Shown: positions 6,298-17,062 of the stretch, one piece after another
Layout of the letters: every line of letters begins with the position of its first letter
How positions within the stretch are numbered: position 1 is the first letter of the stretch
Made by a program: the position numbers and the translations under genes
From: Propionibacterium freudenreichii subsp. freudenreichii
GTDB lineage: Bacteria > Actinomycetota > Actinomycetes > Propionibacteriales > Propionibacteriaceae
DNA length: 32,000 bases
Assembly (NCBI RefSeq): GCF_000940845.1
Contig: NZ_CP010341.1
Span: 1,530,001-1,562,000 of the forward strand
Direction of reading: 5' to 3'
Notes under the pieces: generated by a model
Told to the model about the DNA's origin: nothing
Seen by the model: the letters and a program-made list of their open reading frames with translations, nothing else
Databases searched by the model: none

Positions 6298-7458
6298 CTA
6301 TCCACCTGCCGGGGCCCCGGCGGGGTGTCGGGGCCGACGGATCCTCCAGTGTTGCGGACCCGTCTGCTGCACCAGGCCCCGCATGTCGAGGCGGATGAGC
6401 GCAGCTGCGCACTGCGCAGCCGATCGTCCTGAGGCAACGCTCAGTGAATCCAGGTCGATATCCCCCCTGCTCGGCATCGCCTCACGCACCGCTGCCAATT
6501 CGGGATCAAGCCCATCCAATTCCCGCACTGCCTTGACGCCGGGCAATTCCACGTGTTCGCCGACCGGTGTGAGCAGGGCACCCGCGTCATTTGCGTCGGC
6601 CACCAATGCCGCCTCGTGGTCCCGGATGAGCCGATGGGGCGACTCGCTGAGTGCGGAGTTGATCGGTCCCGGCACCGCCATCAATGGCCTTCCCAGCCGC
6701 AGGGACCAGCTCGCCGTGTTCAGGGCCCCTGATCGGGCCGCTGCCTCGACCACGAGTGTGCCCCCGGAGAGCGCGGCAATCAGCCTGTTCCGGGCCAGGA
6801 AGCCCTGTCTGGTGGGGCGGATGCCGGGCGGGATCTCGGTGACGACCACGCACTCACCCGCGATCTGGTCCAGCAACCGGCTGTTGCCCCGCGGATACCA
6901 CCCGTCCAGCCCGCCCGCCATGACCGCCACAGTGGGCCCGCCCACCGACAACGCCCCCCGATGCGCCGCAGCATCGATGCCGTAGGCACCCCCACTGATC
7001 ACGGGGAACTGCCCGGCCAATTGCGCAGCGAGTTCATTGGCCGAATCACACCCGTAATGCGTAGCCGCCCGCGCACCCACGATGGCGACCGCGGGCAGTC
7101 GCGACTGGCACAGTTCGCCGAGATCCCGCGGCCCCACGGCCCACAGGGCGATCGGGCTTCCGGCCATGCCGTTCAACGGCTCGACATGGTCGAGACCGTC
7201 CAGGCGCTCGGGCCATTCCCCATCGCCCGGCATGATCAGTCGGGCCCCGCAGCGTTCGGCCGCCGCCAGGAGCTGGTCGATCTCAAGGCGCCGCGCCCGC
7301 TTGGGCCACGCGCCCTGCTCCTGACTTGCCAGCAGCGACTGCCACACCTCCTCGGCCCCCTGTTGGCGAACCAGCTGCGCCAGGTCCGGCTTTCCGGCTT
7401 CACAAATGAACGTGAGGGCAGCCCGTGCCCGGCGCTCACCCGACCAACGCCCGCTCAT
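6298..7458 (-). CDS. dprA: DNA-processing protein DprA
   Basis: GGAYGIDAAAHRGAL and the Rossmann-like DprA core (RLPAVAIVGARAATHYG, ...LVVEAAARSGALNTA). Start re-called to ATG 7458 (MSGRWSG...), which forms an ATGA overlap with the comM stop. The track extension to 7614 overlaps comM. Confidence 0.85.
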   Translation of the reverse strand: MSGRWSGERRARAALTFICEAGKPDLAQLVRQQGAEEVWQSLLASQEQGAWPKRARRLEIDQLLAAAERCGARLIMPGDGEWPERLDGLDHVEPLNGMAGSPIALWAVGPRDLGELCQSRLPAVAIVGARAATHYGCDSANELAAQLAGQFPVISGGAYGIDAAAHRGALSVGGPTVAVMAGGLDGWYPRGNSRLLDQIAGECVVVTEIPPGIRPTRQGFLARNRLIAALSGGTLVVEAAARSGALNTASWSLRLGRPLMAVPGPINSALSESPHRLIRDHEAALVADANDAGALLTPVGEHVELPGVKAVRELDGLDPELAAVREAMPSRGDIDLDSLSVASGRSAAQCAAALIRLDMRGLVQQTGPQHWRIRRPRHPAGAPAGG

Positions 7459-8993
7459 GCCGCACCACCCATCGTCTCGACCTGCCGCAGTCCCATGGCC
7501 GAGGCGATGTCGTCCGCACACGGCTTGTCGCGGCCGGCAAGGTCGGCCAACGTCCATGCCACCCGCAACACCTTGTCCACTCCCCGGGCGCTCAGCCGTC
7601 CCCTTGCGATGCAATCGTCGATCAGATCCAGCCCGGCCGGTGGCGGCGGGGTCTTCCGCAATTGGGCGCCGGGGACCTCAACGTTCGTCCGCCAAGGTGT
7701 GTTCGCCAGTCGTCGCCGCTGGCGATCCCTGGCCTCCAGCACCCGGGCGCGAACCACCGATGAGCTCTCGGGTGCCGGACCCGCGGTGCGCCTGAGGCGG
7801 GATGCCCCGGAGCTGGTCATGGCGACGTGGATGTCGACGCGATCAAGGATCGGCCCGGACAGGCGCTGAGAGTATCGACGCACCATCATGGGCGCGCAGG
7901 TGCAGTGGGAGTCCGGGACCCCGTAGTGGCCGCAGGGACACGGATTGGCTGCGAGCACGAGCTGGAAGCGGGCCGGATAGCTCACCGTCGCACCGCTGCG
8001 CGCGATCGAGACGACGCCCGATTCCAGGGGCGTTCGCAGGGCTTCCAGCACAGAGGTCCCGAACTCGGGTGCCTCATCGAGGAAGAGCACGCCCCGATGG
8101 GCCAGGGAGATGGCCCCGGGGCGGGGGATGCGAGCCCCTCCCCCGACCATGGCAGCGACGGTGGCGGTGTGATGCGGATCGGCGAACGGTGGCCTGCGGA
8201 TCAACCTGTCGTGCAGATCATGACCGGCCAGTGAATGGATCGCCGAGATCTCCAGCGCCTGGGAGTCATCGAGGTCGGGCAGCAGCCCGGGCAGTCGCTT
8301 GGCCAGCATTGTCTTGCCCGTGCCCGGGGGGCCATGCATGAACAGATGGTGGCCACCCGCGGCAGCCACCTCGAGGGCCCAGCGCGCCGACTGCTGCCCC
8401 TCCACGTCGGCCAGGTCGGGTGCTTGCTCCTCGTCCGGCGTCGTCGGGGCCACCGCCGGGACGGGCCTACCGCACACCGGCCGACCGTTGAGGACCTCGA
8501 CAAGCTCTGCCAGGTCTGCGACCGCCCAGACGGTGAGCCCCTCGACGAGCTCGGCCTCACCGAGTTGTTCGGAGGGCACGACGGCGGTGGTCAACCCGTG
8601 GCTGCGCGCCGCCAGCAGGGCGGGCAGGATGCCGCGCACGGCCCGGACGCGCCCGTCGAGGCCGAGCTCGCCCATGAAGACCGTCCTGGCTGCCGGTTCG
8701 GCGGGCACGAGCCGCGCGCTGGCAAGCACGGCTGCCACGATCGCAAGGTCGTAGTGGCTGCCCGCCTTCGGCAGGCTGGCCGGAGTCAGGTTGATGGTGA
8801 GCAGTCTGTCGGGCCAGCTCAGTCCCGCACCGGCAACCGCGGCCTTGCACCGGTCGCGAGCCTCGTACAGGGCAGCATCGGGAAGGCCCACCAGGACGGT
8901 ACGTGGAAGGCCGGCACCAAGCGCTGCCTCGACCTCGACGGCGGTCCCCCTCATGCCCACCAGGGCCATTGACCATGCGGATGCCGTGGTCAT
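7455..8993 (-). CDS. comM: YifB/ComM family Mg-chelatase-like AAA+ ATPase
   Basis: 512 aa. N-terminal Lon-protease-like domain (GLPDAALYEARDR..., GELGLDGRVRAVRG). Walker A GPPGTGKTM and Walker B VLFLDE. C-terminal Mg-chelatase domain. Confidence 0.9.
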   Translation of the reverse strand: MTTASAWSMALVGMRGTAVEVEAALGAGLPRTVLVGLPDAALYEARDRCKAAVAGAGLSWPDRLLTINLTPASLPKAGSHYDLAIVAAVLASARLVPAEPAARTVFMGELGLDGRVRAVRGILPALLAARSHGLTTAVVPSEQLGEAELVEGLTVWAVADLAELVEVLNGRPVCGRPVPAVAPTTPDEEQAPDLADVEGQQSARWALEVAAAGGHHLFMHGPPGTGKTMLAKRLPGLLPDLDDSQALEISAIHSLAGHDLHDRLIRRPPFADPHHTATVAAMVGGGARIPRPGAISLAHRGVLFLDEAPEFGTSVLEALRTPLESGVVSIARSGATVSYPARFQLVLAANPCPCGHYGVPDSHCTCAPMMVRRYSQRLSGPILDRVDIHVAMTSSGASRLRRTAGPAPESSSVVRARVLEARDRQRRRLANTPWRTNVEVPGAQLRKTPPPPAGLDLIDDCIARGRLSARGVDKVLRVAWTLADLAGRDKPCADDIASAMGLRQVETMGGAA

Positions 8994-9358
8994 GCCAGCC
9001 CCCTGAGGTGACGGAGGACCGGCGCGCTCCCGCGCATCCCGACGATGCCGATCGCGTCGATGCGCACCACCCCGGTGGGGCCGTGCTCAGCCAACCACTG
9101 GGCGCAACTGGCCCGCAGATGGCGCCGCTTCGTTGCGGTGATCGCCTCCAATGGATCACCAAAGCCTCGACCGGTGCGGTATTTCACCTCCACGAAGACG
9201 GTCGTGTGGGTTCGTTCGACGGGTTCGTACGCCACGATGTCGAGCTCGCCGGAGCCGCACCGCCAATTGCGATCAACGATGGTCCAGCCGAGTCCGCGCA
9301 GGTATTCAGCGGCGAGGTCCTCGCCATATCGTCCTGTGACCAGAGTGCTCATGGCCAT
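8990..9358 (-). CDS. yraN: YraN family (UPF0102) putative endonuclease
   Basis: GEDLAAEYLRGLGWTIVDRNWRCGSGELDIVA...VFVEVKYR is the YraN pattern. Start placed at ATG 9358 (MAMSTL...); ATG 9352 is also possible. The stop forms an ATGA overlap with the comM start. Confidence 0.8.
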   Translation of the reverse strand: MAMSTLVTGRYGEDLAAEYLRGLGWTIVDRNWRCGSGELDIVAYEPVERTHTTVFVEVKYRTGRGFGDPLEAITATKRRHLRASCAQWLAEHGPTGVVRIDAIGIVGMRGSAPVLRHLRGLA

Positions 9359-9505
9359 CACCTCCACAGGGGGTGTGGGCGCATCAGCGGTGATCAGTCG
9401 CCCATCCACAGGTATCCCGCAGGGCACTGGCGGGCATCCACCGCGGTGGTGGGACGGCCAATAGCTCGCGCGACCTCACGGGCCGCCCGGCATGGTGCTC
9501 GGGGG

Positions 9506-9820
9506 CTACTCCCCCTCGGGCACCTCGAGGTCGGTGTGCTGGATCTCTTCAATCGACACATCGCGGAAGGTGAGGACCTTGGCAGATTTCACGAACCTGC
9601 TCGGGCGGTACATGTCCCAGATCCAGGCGTCGCTCATGGAGACCTCGTAGTAGACGTCGCCACCCTCGGTGCGGACCTTCAGGTCGACTGCATTGCACAG
9701 GTAGAAGCGGCGCTCAGTCTCCACGGCGTACTTGAAGATGTTGACGACATCCTTGTACTCGCGGTAAAGATCGAGCTCAAGTTTGCTCTCGTAGGCATCA
9801 AGATCGTCGGCGCTGCTCAT
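9506..9820 (-). CDS. DUF2469 family protein
   Basis: 104 aa, acidic (LELDLYREYKDVV...RFYLCN...). It occupies the position after rnhB held by the DUF2469 gene in other actinobacteria. ATGA overlap with the rnhB stop. Confidence 0.8.
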   Translation of the reverse strand: MSSADDLDAYESKLELDLYREYKDVVNIFKYAVETERRFYLCNAVDLKVRTEGGDVYYEVSMSDAWIWDMYRPSRFVKSAKVLTFRDVSIEEIQHTDLEVPEGE

Positions 9821-10452
9821 GATTCGTTCAGCCTAGCCGCTCGCCGGACATTCGCGTAGCTGCGCCGGTGGATGGCGCTGGGGCCGAGCGCCTCCAGTCT
9901 CTCCTGGTGGAGCTTGGTCGCATAGCCCTTGTGGATCTCGAATCCATAGCCGGGAAATTGTTGGGCCGCCCTGACCATGAGTCGATCGCGGGTGACCTTG
10001 GCCACGATGGATGCGGCGGATACGCACGCGCACACCCGATCGCCCTTCCACATGCCCAGCCCGGGAACGGGCAGACCCGCCACCGCAAAGCCATCGGTCA
10101 GCGCGAAGCCCGGCGAAGGATCAAGGCGCAACAGCGCGCGACGCAGTCCCTGCAGGTCCGCCTCCTGCATCCCGAGGCGGTCGCATTCTGCCGGGCCCAC
10201 GCACACCACCGACCAGCTGAGGGCGTGGGCCTTGATCTGGTCAAAGGCGCGTTCACGCCGACGTGCGGTCAGGGTCTTGGAATCGTGGAGGTCCTCGATG
10301 TGGTCCTGCGGATCCTCGGAGAGGATGACGGCTGCCGCGACGAGTGGACCCGCGCAGGCTCCCCTGCCGGCCTCATCGGCGCCTGCCACCGGGCCGAATC
10401 CCGAGGCGGCCAAGGCCTGTTCATAGCCGATCTCCGACAATGACGTCGCCAT
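9817..10452 (-). CDS. rnhB: ribonuclease HII
   Basis: GADEAGRGACAGPLV (the DEAGRG catalytic motif), DSK, ASIVAKVTRD and GYG... are typical of RNase HII. 211 aa. Confidence 0.9.
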   Translation of the reverse strand: MATSLSEIGYEQALAASGFGPVAGADEAGRGACAGPLVAAAVILSEDPQDHIEDLHDSKTLTARRRERAFDQIKAHALSWSVVCVGPAECDRLGMQEADLQGLRRALLRLDPSPGFALTDGFAVAGLPVPGLGMWKGDRVCACVSAASIVAKVTRDRLMVRAAQQFPGYGFEIHKGYATKLHQERLEALGPSAIHRRSYANVRRAARLNES

Positions 10453-10457
10453 GGGGC

Positions 10458-11297
10458 TCAGCAGGGCTTCCGGTTCACCGTCGGCTGGTCCGGTGCCGGG
10501 GCAGGATCGGGTACCGAGGCGAATGTCGCAGGGATGGCGAAGCGCGTGGCGCGGTTGAAGGGCATGAAGATCCCCACCATCGGCCCCGTGACGTCTGAGA
10601 TGGGTACGAATCCCCCGGATCCGGCCACCTCGCCCGACTCCACCGCGTCACACAGGTGGTAGCGGGAATCGCGGGAGTCATTGCGATGGTCACCGAGCAC
10701 GAAGATATGTCCGGCCGGAACCACCACGTCGAAGCTCAGGTCGGAGGGATGAACCGACACCCCATTGACCGAGTACAGGTAGGAGGCCTCATCCAAGGGC
10801 TGGCCATTGACCGTGATCTGGCCCTGGGCTGTGCAGCACGCAACGTGGTCACCGGGCATGCCGATCACGCGCTTGACCAGGTGATCGGTGGCAGATGAGG
10901 GCGCCACACCCAGGAATTCGGCGACTTGGCGCACCGGGTTCGAGGTGCCGCTGGTCTCGTTGCCCAACCAGTTCCCGGGGTCCTTGAAGACCACGACATC
11001 CCCGCGATGGAAGTCGGCCACCTTGATCACCGCGCCGCGATCACCGATCTGGAGCGTGTTCTCCATCGACGCCGACGGGATCACGTACAACTGCATCAGG
11101 AAACTGCGGATCAGGGCCGAGATGATCAGGGCGACGACGATGATGATCGCCAGCTCGCGGACCGTGGAGAGCCATCCCTGCTTCTTCTTGGGCTTGTTCG
11201 CCTTCACGGACGCAACCTTATGCCCGCCCAGGTTTCCCTGAGCGGGCATGTCGGCGTGGGACCCCTGATCAGAGTCCCTCATGGAAGAGTCGCTCAC
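10458..11297 (-). CDS. lepB: signal peptidase I
   Basis: N-terminal transmembrane segment. [10 protein letters not shown] (catalytic Ser box), KRVIGMPGD (Lys box) and [11 protein letters not shown] box. GTG 11297 overlaps the rplS stop (GTGA); ATG 11282 is an alternative start. Confidence 0.9.
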   Translation of the reverse strand: MSDSSMRDSDQGSHADMPAQGNLGGHKVASVKANKPKKKQGWLSTVRELAIIIVVALIISALIRSFLMQLYVIPSASMENTLQIGDRGAVIKVADFHRGDVVVFKDPGNWLGNETSGTSNPVRQVAEFLGVAPSSATDHLVKRVIGMPGDHVACCTAQGQITVNGQPLDEASYLYSVNGVSVHPSDLSFDVVVPAGHIFVLGDHRNDSRDSRYHLCDAVESGEVAGSGGFVPISDVTGPMVGIFMPFNRATRFAIPATFASVPDPAPAPDQPTVNRKPC

Positions 11298-11650
11298 GCG
11301 TTATCGCGCTTCTCCTTGATCTTCGCAGCCTTGCCGTGCAGACCACGCAGGTAGTAGAGCTTGGCGCGACGCACATCGCCGCGACGCTCGACCTCGAGCT
11401 TGTCGATGATCGGGCTGTGCAGCGGGAAGGTGCGCTCAACGCCGGTGCCATAGGACACCTTGCGCACCGTGAAGGTCTCGGTGAGCCCGGAGCCCACGCG
11501 TGCGATGACGACGCCGGCGAAGACCTGGACACGGGACTTGTTGCCCTCGACCACCTTCACGTGGACGCGCAGTGAGTCACCCACGCGGAATTCGGGGATA
11601 TCGCTACGCAGCGACGCCTTGTTGATCTCGCTGATGAGCTTGTGAGTCAT
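11294..11650 (-). CDS. rplS: 50S ribosomal protein L19
   Basis: Start re-called to ATG 11650 ([25 protein letters not shown]...[22 protein letters not shown]...). 118 aa, a typical L19. The track extension to 11872 is not coding. Confidence 0.95.
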   Translation of the reverse strand: MTHKLISEINKASLRSDIPEFRVGDSLRVHVKVVEGNKSRVQVFAGVVIARVGSGLTETFTVRKVSYGTGVERTFPLHSPIIDKLEVERRGDVRRAKLYYLRGLHGKAAKIKEKRDNA

Positions 11651-11838
11651 GTTCCTGTCCTCGCCGGTGCCACAGGTCACCTCGTCTGAAGAATTGGATT
11701 GCAGTGCTGTTCGGATTCCCCCCGTGGCAGGCGCCGAGCAAGCACAACAGCCCCCAATTTTTGCACATCGGGGTGGCTGGGACCAAACCCGCGACAGCCC
11801 GAGTGCCCACCGGCGACGAGGTGCCCCGGCGAACGCAG

Positions 11839-11874
11839 TAGTGGGGATGGGGCCTGCATGCCCCATCCCCACTA
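11839..11874 (-). terminator. hairpin terminator downstream of sdhB
   Basis: TAGTGGGGATGGGGC-CTGCAT-GCCCCATCCCCACTA forms a 15-bp perfect stem about 50 nt after the sdhB stop. No clear U-tract, as is common in actinobacteria. Confidence 0.5.
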
Positions 11875-11923
11875 TGCAGTGATTACGATCCCGACCGGGC
11901 GTCGGGGTTCTGTTGGAGTGCGA

Positions 11924-12688
11924 TCACTCCTTGCCGTCACCGGAGAACAGCGACGCAATGAGGTCACGGTTCAGCTGGTTGATCGACTCGAGCGGGATGC
12001 CCTTCGGGCAGACGGCCGCGCACTCACCGATGTTGGTGCAGTGCCCGAAGCCCTCTGCGTCGTGTTGACCGACCATGTTCTTGACCCGCAGCTTGCGCTC
12101 GGGCTGGCCCTGGGGCAGGTTCGCCAGGTGGGTGATCTTCGCCGACGTGAAGAGCATGGCGGAGCTGTGCGGGCAGGCTGCCACGCACGCGCCACAACCA
12201 ATGCAGGTCGCGTTGTCGAAGGCCCGATCGGCCTGGCGCTTCGGAGCCGGCGTGGAATGCGCGTCGGGGGCAGCACCGGTGTTCACGGAGATGAAGCCAC
12301 CGGCCTGGACCACGCGGTCCAGCGCACTGCGGTCGACGACCAGGTCCTTGATGACCGGGAAGACGGGGGTCTTCCACGGCTCGATCGTGATCGTGTCGCC
12401 ATCCTTGAACGAACGCATGTGCAGCTGGCACGTCGTGGTGCGCACCGGGGACACGCCGCGGCCGTGGGCGGTGCCATTGATGACCACGCCACACATTCCG
12501 CAGATGCCTTCACGACAATCGGAATCGAACGCCACGGGCTCCTCGCCCTGATGGGTCAACTGCTCGTTGAGCTCATCAAGCATCTCGAGGAACGAGGTGT
12601 CGCCGCTGATTCCATCGATTTGATAGGTCTTGATGGCGCCGTTGTCGGCACCCTCGGCCTGACGCCAGATATTCAGTGTCAGCTTCAC
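11924..12688 (-). CDS. sdhB: succinate dehydrogenase / fumarate reductase iron-sulfur subunit
   Basis: Three Cys clusters: [22 protein letters not shown] and [12 protein letters not shown]. Start re-called to GTG 12688 ([10 protein letters not shown]), a GTGA overlap with the sdhA stop. Confidence 0.9.
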   Translation of the reverse strand: MKLTLNIWRQAEGADNGAIKTYQIDGISGDTSFLEMLDELNEQLTHQGEEPVAFDSDCREGICGMCGVVINGTAHGRGVSPVRTTTCQLHMRSFKDGDTITIEPWKTPVFPVIKDLVVDRSALDRVVQAGGFISVNTGAAPDAHSTPAPKRQADRAFDNATCIGCGACVAACPHSSAMLFTSAKITHLANLPQGQPERKLRVKNMVGQHDAEGFGHCTNIGECAAVCPKGIPLESINQLNRDLIASLFSGDGKE

Positions 12689-14706
12689 TTGTAACTCCGT
12701 TGCTTGAGTTCGATTGCCTTGTAGACCAGCGGCTCCTTGTGCAGCTCGGGCTTCTGCCCGTCGCCGGTGAACTCCCAAGCGGCGACGTAGAGGAAGTCCT
12801 TGTCGTCACGCAGGGCCTCGCCCTCCGGAGTCTGGGACTCAACCCGGAAGTGACCGCCACAGCTCTCGCGGCGATGCATGGCATCGATGCACATCAGTTC
12901 ACCGAGCTCCAGGAAGTCAGCCACGCGACCGGCGCGCTCGAGGGTCTGGTTCAGATCCTCGTTGACACCGGTCACCTTGACGTTCTTCCAGAACTCGTCA
13001 CGCAGCACGCGGATCTTGTCGATGGCCGTCTTGAGGCCCTCCTCGCTGCGGGCCATGCCGCAGTACTCCCACATGATCTGGCCGAGTTCCTTGTGGAACG
13101 AGTCAACCGTGCGCTCGCCCTTGACGGCCAGCAGCTTGTTGACGCGGTCCTTCACGGAGGCAACGGCCTCGACCACTGCCGGATCATCGTCGGGCAGCTT
13201 GCCCTCGTGATTGCCGGCCAGGTAGTCGTTCATGGTGTTCGGGAGCACGAAGTACCCGTCGGACAGGCCCTGCATCAGGGCCGAGGCACCGAGTCGGTTG
13301 GCACCGTGGTCGGAGAAGTTCGCCTCGCCGGCGACGTACAGGCCGGGGATCGAGCTCTCCAGGTCGTAGTCGACCCACAGGCCACCCATCGTGTAGTGCA
13401 CGGCGGGGTAGATGCGCATGGGGGTCTCATAGGGATCCTCAGCGGTGATCTGCTTGTACATGTCGAACAAGTTGCCGTACTTGGCGGCCACTCCCCGCTT
13501 GCCCAGACGCTCGATGGCGTCGGAGAAGTCGAGGTAGACGCCACGACGAACCATCCGCTCCTTGCCGTCCGGACCGATCTCCTTGATCGCCGGACCGACA
13601 CCGCGGCCCTCGTCACACATGTTCTTGGCCTGGCGCGATGCGATGTCGCGGGGCACCAGGTTTCCGAATGAGGGATAGATGCGCTCGAGGTAGTAGTCGC
13701 GATCCGCCTCGGGGATCTGACGCGGATCCTTGTCGGCGTCCTCGGCGCGCTTTGGCACCCAGATACGACCGTCGTTGCGCAACGACTCACTCATCAGGGT
13801 GAGCTTGGACTGGTTCTCGCCGTGCACGGGGATACAGGTCGGGTGGATCTGCGTGTAGCACGGGTTGGCGAAGTAGGCGCCCTTGCGGTGCGCACGCCAC
13901 GTCGCCGTGGTGTTGCATCCCATGGCATTGGTCGACAGGAAGAACACATTGCCGTAGCCACCAGAGGCGATGACCACTGCGTCAGCAGTCCACGACTCGA
14001 TCTTACCGGTGACCATGTCGCGCGTCACGATGCCGCGGGCATGACCGTCCTTGACGATCAATTCGAGCATCTCGTGGCGGCTGTGCATGTGCACCGTGCC
14101 GGCTGCCACCTGACGCGACAGGGACTGGTAGACGCCGATCAGCAGCTGCTGACCCGTCTGGCCCTTGGCGTAGAAGGTGCGCTGCACCTGGACGCCACCG
14201 AACGAACGGTTGTCGAGCAGGCCGCCGTACTCGCGGGCGAAGGGAACGCCCACGGCGACGCACTGGTCGATGATGTTGGAGCTCACGTCGGCCAACCGGT
14301 AGACGTTGGTCTCGCGGGCTCGGTAGTCGCCGCCCTTGACCGTGTCATAGAACAGCCGGTAGACGGAGTCGTTGTCGTTCTTGTAGTCCTTGGCAGCGTT
14401 GATGCCGCCCTGGGCCGCAATCGAGTGCGCACGACGAGGGCTGTCCTGGTAGCAGAAGTTCTCGACGTGGTAGCCGGCCTCGCCCAGTGAGGCAGCGGCA
14501 GCGCCGCCAGCCAACCCGGTGCCGACGACGATCACTGTCATCTTGCGGCGGTTGGCAGGGTTCACGAGCTTGGCATTGAACTGGCGGTCGGGCCAGATCT
14601 TCTCGATCGGAACATCGGTGTTCGCCTTGGTGTCATGCACCTCGGCGCCCAGCGTGTAGTACTTCTCATCGCCGGCGGGAAGGCCCGCCACATTGTTCTC
14701 AGTCAC
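12685..14706 (-). CDS. sdhA: succinate dehydrogenase / fumarate reductase flavoprotein subunit
   Basis: FAD fold [31 protein letters not shown] (covalent-FAD His region), HYTMGGL and [11 protein letters not shown]. Start re-called to GTG 14706 (VTENNVAG...), a GTGA overlap with the sdhC stop. Confidence 0.9.
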   Translation of the reverse strand: MTENNVAGLPAGDEKYYTLGAEVHDTKANTDVPIEKIWPDRQFNAKLVNPANRRKMTVIVVGTGLAGGAAAASLGEAGYHVENFCYQDSPRRAHSIAAQGGINAAKDYKNDNDSVYRLFYDTVKGGDYRARETNVYRLADVSSNIIDQCVAVGVPFAREYGGLLDNRSFGGVQVQRTFYAKGQTGQQLLIGVYQSLSRQVAAGTVHMHSRHEMLELIVKDGHARGIVTRDMVTGKIESWTADAVVIASGGYGNVFFLSTNAMGCNTTATWRAHRKGAYFANPCYTQIHPTCIPVHGENQSKLTLMSESLRNDGRIWVPKRAEDADKDPRQIPEADRDYYLERIYPSFGNLVPRDIASRQAKNMCDEGRGVGPAIKEIGPDGKERMVRRGVYLDFSDAIERLGKRGVAAKYGNLFDMYKQITAEDPYETPMRIYPAVHYTMGGLWVDYDLESSIPGLYVAGEANFSDHGANRLGASALMQGLSDGYFVLPNTMNDYLAGNHEGKLPDDDPAVVEAVASVKDRVNKLLAVKGERTVDSFHKELGQIMWEYCGMARSEEGLKTAIDKIRVLRDEFWKNVKVTGVNEDLNQTLERAGRVADFLELGELMCIDAMHRRESCGGHFRVESQTPEGEALRDDKDFLYVAAWEFTGDGQKPELHKEPLVYKAIELKQRSYK

Positions 14707-15464
14707 TGGGTGATCACTCCAAAGGCAATAAGGGTCGGGACGAGCATGAAGCCCACGAACACCAGGATCGACACGAGCCACGCGCAGACCTTGATGACGA
14801 CCGTCGACGAGTTGCCGACACGCCAACCGAGTGTGCTGAAGGCCGAGCGGAAACCGTGCCAGATATGGAGGCAGACGGCCAGCATGGCCACGAAGTAGAT
14901 CGCATAGATGCCCCAGTTCTGGAAGCCGAGGATCACGCGCAGGTGCGGCTGGTCGACGGCCGGATCGCCCGCCGAGTAGCCAACCTTGATGATCTGGTCG
15001 GTGAACTGCAGCAGGTGGAACACCAGGAACAGGGCGATGATAATGCCGCCCCAGATCATGGTGCGGGCCGCGAAGCTGCCTTCGAGGTAGCGACGCTGGA
15101 CATACCGCTTGAAGCCCACACCACTCGCCTTGCGGTCACGCAGCGTGAGGTCGATGGCCAGTCCCATGTGAATGATGACTGCGGCACCGAGCACGATGCG
15201 GAAGAGCGTAAGGAAGAAGTAGGGCGGGAGGATCGGCACAAGGAACTGCCGGAGCGCATGCGAGTAGGCGTCGAACTCGGCGCCTGAATCGTTCATGAGC
15301 AGCTTCAGATTGCCGAACATGTGCATCGCCAGGAACGCCACCAAGAAGATACCGGTGAGAGCCATCAGGAATTTTCTGGCCACCGTGGAGCGCAGCGCCC
15401 TGCTCTGCGGAGTCGTGTCCGCTGATTGAGTAGTGAGAGTTGCCACGGCAACACAGTAGAGCAC
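14703..15464 (-). CDS. sdhC: succinate dehydrogenase / fumarate reductase cytochrome b subunit (single large b558-type anchor)
   Basis: About five hydrophobic helices with conserved His residues ([34 protein letters not shown]). It is the first gene of the three-gene operon. The start is uncertain (GTG 15464 or an internal GTG); no SD is visible, so the mRNA may be leaderless. Confidence 0.8.
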   Translation of the reverse strand: MLYCVAVATLTTQSADTTPQSRALRSTVARKFLMALTGIFLVAFLAMHMFGNLKLLMNDSGAEFDAYSHALRQFLVPILPPYFFLTLFRIVLGAAVIIHMGLAIDLTLRDRKASGVGFKRYVQRRYLEGSFAARTMIWGGIIIALFLVFHLLQFTDQIIKVGYSAGDPAVDQPHLRVILGFQNWGIYAIYFVAMLAVCLHIWHGFRSAFSTLGWRVGNSSTVVIKVCAWLVSILVFVGFMLVPTLIAFGVITQ

Positions 15465-15552
15465 GGGTTGGCCCTGTGAACAGCGCTACGCGACAGCAGT
15501 TCGCGTTTTGAGACCAAAATGGTCCGTAATTTGATCCCGGCCCGCTACTACG

Positions 15553-16260
15553 GTGAACGGCATGAGTCGAAGTGTGATCGCGAACATCGCCCTGCCGGAT
15601 CCGGGCAAGGACCTCGGCCTCGCCGCCGCCGTCTTTCCCGGAGGCGGGTACCAACTGCTGCCCGAGCATGAGGGCGCCCCGGTTGCCCGGTGGCTGGCCA
15701 GCGTCGGGGTTGCTGCGGCGGTGATCGAATATCCGGTGCAGCAGCGCCATCCGGCCCCGTTGGAGGCCTCCCTGGACGCTCTGGGCGAACTGCGGGGCCT
15801 TGATGGCTTCCGTGACCGTCGGCTCGGGGTGGTGGGGTTTTCCGCAGGCGCGCACCTGGCGGGCATGTGTTGCCATCCGGAGGCATTCGGCTTCCGGGTT
15901 CCCCGCCCCGATTTCGCCGTCTTCGGCTATCCCCTCATATCGATGGACGCCGACACCCATCGCGGGTCGATGGAGACGCTGTTGGGCCCCGACGCCGATG
16001 ACCAGACCCGTCGCACATTCAGTATCGACCGCCTCGTGGATCCGCAGACGCCGCCAAGCTTCGTCTGGCAGACCGATGAGGACACCAGCGTGCCGGTGAT
16101 CAATTCGATGCGCTATGCGCTTGCCTGCTATCGCTCGCAGGTGCCCATCGAGCTGCATGTCTTCGCCCATGGTCCGCACGCCCTGGGCCTGGCCGGTGGC
16201 GCCTACGCCGAGCCGTGGACGGCACTGTGCGCGCGCTGGCTGGCGGCACTGCCCGATTGA
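15553..16260 (+). CDS. alpha/beta-hydrolase fold esterase/lipase-like protein
   Basis: Nucleophile elbow GFSAGAHL, upstream oxyanion-type FPGGGY, and Asp/His candidates near the C-terminus (DEDTSVP, HVFAHGPHAL). Start is GTG 15553 or ATG 15562. Confidence 0.7.
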   Translation: MNGMSRSVIANIALPDPGKDLGLAAAVFPGGGYQLLPEHEGAPVARWLASVGVAAAVIEYPVQQRHPAPLEASLDALGELRGLDGFRDRRLGVVGFSAGAHLAGMCCHPEAFGFRVPRPDFAVFGYPLISMDADTHRGSMETLLGPDADDQTRRTFSIDRLVDPQTPPSFVWQTDEDTSVPVINSMRYALACYRSQVPIELHVFAHGPHALGLAGGAYAEPWTALCARWLAALPD

Positions 16261-16267
16261 GCCGCGC

Positions 16268-17062
16268 TCATGGGCGGTCCGGGGACTCCTGGTCGAGCAG
16301 GTCGGGGCGTCTGGCCGCGGTGATCTCACGCGAGCGCAACGCGCGCCACGCGTCGACGGCGCCGTGATCGCCCGACAGCAGGACACCGGGCACCTCAAGC
16401 CCGCGCCACTGGCTGGGCTTGGTATAGACCGGGTACTCGAGCATGCCCCGGGTGCTGGCCGAGTAGGACTCCTCGACGAGTGAATCCGGGTTCCCGATCA
16501 CGCCCGGCACGAGCCGCACGATGGCCTCGATCATGGCCAGTGCAGCCACCTCGCCGCCGTTGAGCACATAGTCGCCCAGGCTGAGCTCATGGAGCTCGAA
16601 GTGCTCGTCCGCCCAGTCCAGGACCCGGTGGTCGATGCCCTCGTAGCGCCCACACGCGAAGACGAGGTGCTCGGCACCCGCCAGCTCGGCAGCGGCGTGC
16701 TGGGTGAACGGGCGTCCGGAGGGGGTCGGCACGACAAGGACCGGCCGCCTGCGCGGGGAGGGCAGCTGTTCGAGTATGGAATCCAGGGCCTCGCCCCAGG
16801 GCTCCGGTTTCATCACCATTCCGGCTCCCCCGCCATAGGGGGTGTCGTCAACCGAGCGGTGCCGGTCATGGGTGAATTCACGCAGATCATGGCTGCTCAC
16901 CTCGAGCAGGCCGTGATCGATGGCCTTGCCGATCAGGCTCAGGTGAAGGGGCGCGAAGTATTCGGGGAAGATGCTGATCGTGTCGATGCGCATCACGCTT
17001 CGCGAACCTGCCGGCGACGTGTCCGGCGCGGCAGCGTCGGCTTCTGCGCGCTCGCTGCTCAC
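16268..17062 (-). CDS. trmD: tRNA (guanine37-N1)-methyltransferase
   Basis: [37 protein letters not shown] and [11 protein letters not shown] are TrmD signatures. GTG 17062 gives a GTGA overlap with the rimM stop. ATG 16993 (MRIDTI...) is an equally plausible start. Confidence 0.9.
   Translation of the reverse strand: MSSERAEADAAAPDTSPAGSRSVMRIDTISIFPEYFAPLHLSLIGKAIDHGLLEVSSHDLREFTHDRHRSVDDTPYGGGAGMVMKPEPWGEALDSILEQLPSPRRRPVLVVPTPSGRPFTQHAAAELAGAEHLVFACGRYEGIDHRVLDWADEHFELHELSLGDYVLNGGEVAALAMIEAIVRLVPGVIGNPDSLVEESYSASTRGMLEYPVYTKPSQWRGLEVPGVLLSGDHGAVDAWRALRSREITAARRPDLLDQESPDRP

Noticed and set aside
9438-9449. 12-bp perfect palindrome CCACCGCGGTGG between the DUF2469 gene and yraN. A similar short palindrome is CGTCCA-AA-TGGACG at 30106-30119 between yceD and rpmF.
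   Set aside because: These are single short GC palindromes in intergenic spacers. They are most likely small terminator or processing hairpins, and nothing distinguishes them from chance.
15474-15490. TGTGA-N6-CTACG near the sdhC start, considered as a CRP/GlxR-type site (TGTGA-N6-TCACA).
   Set aside because: Only one half-site matches, and the second half matches at about 2 of 5 positions.
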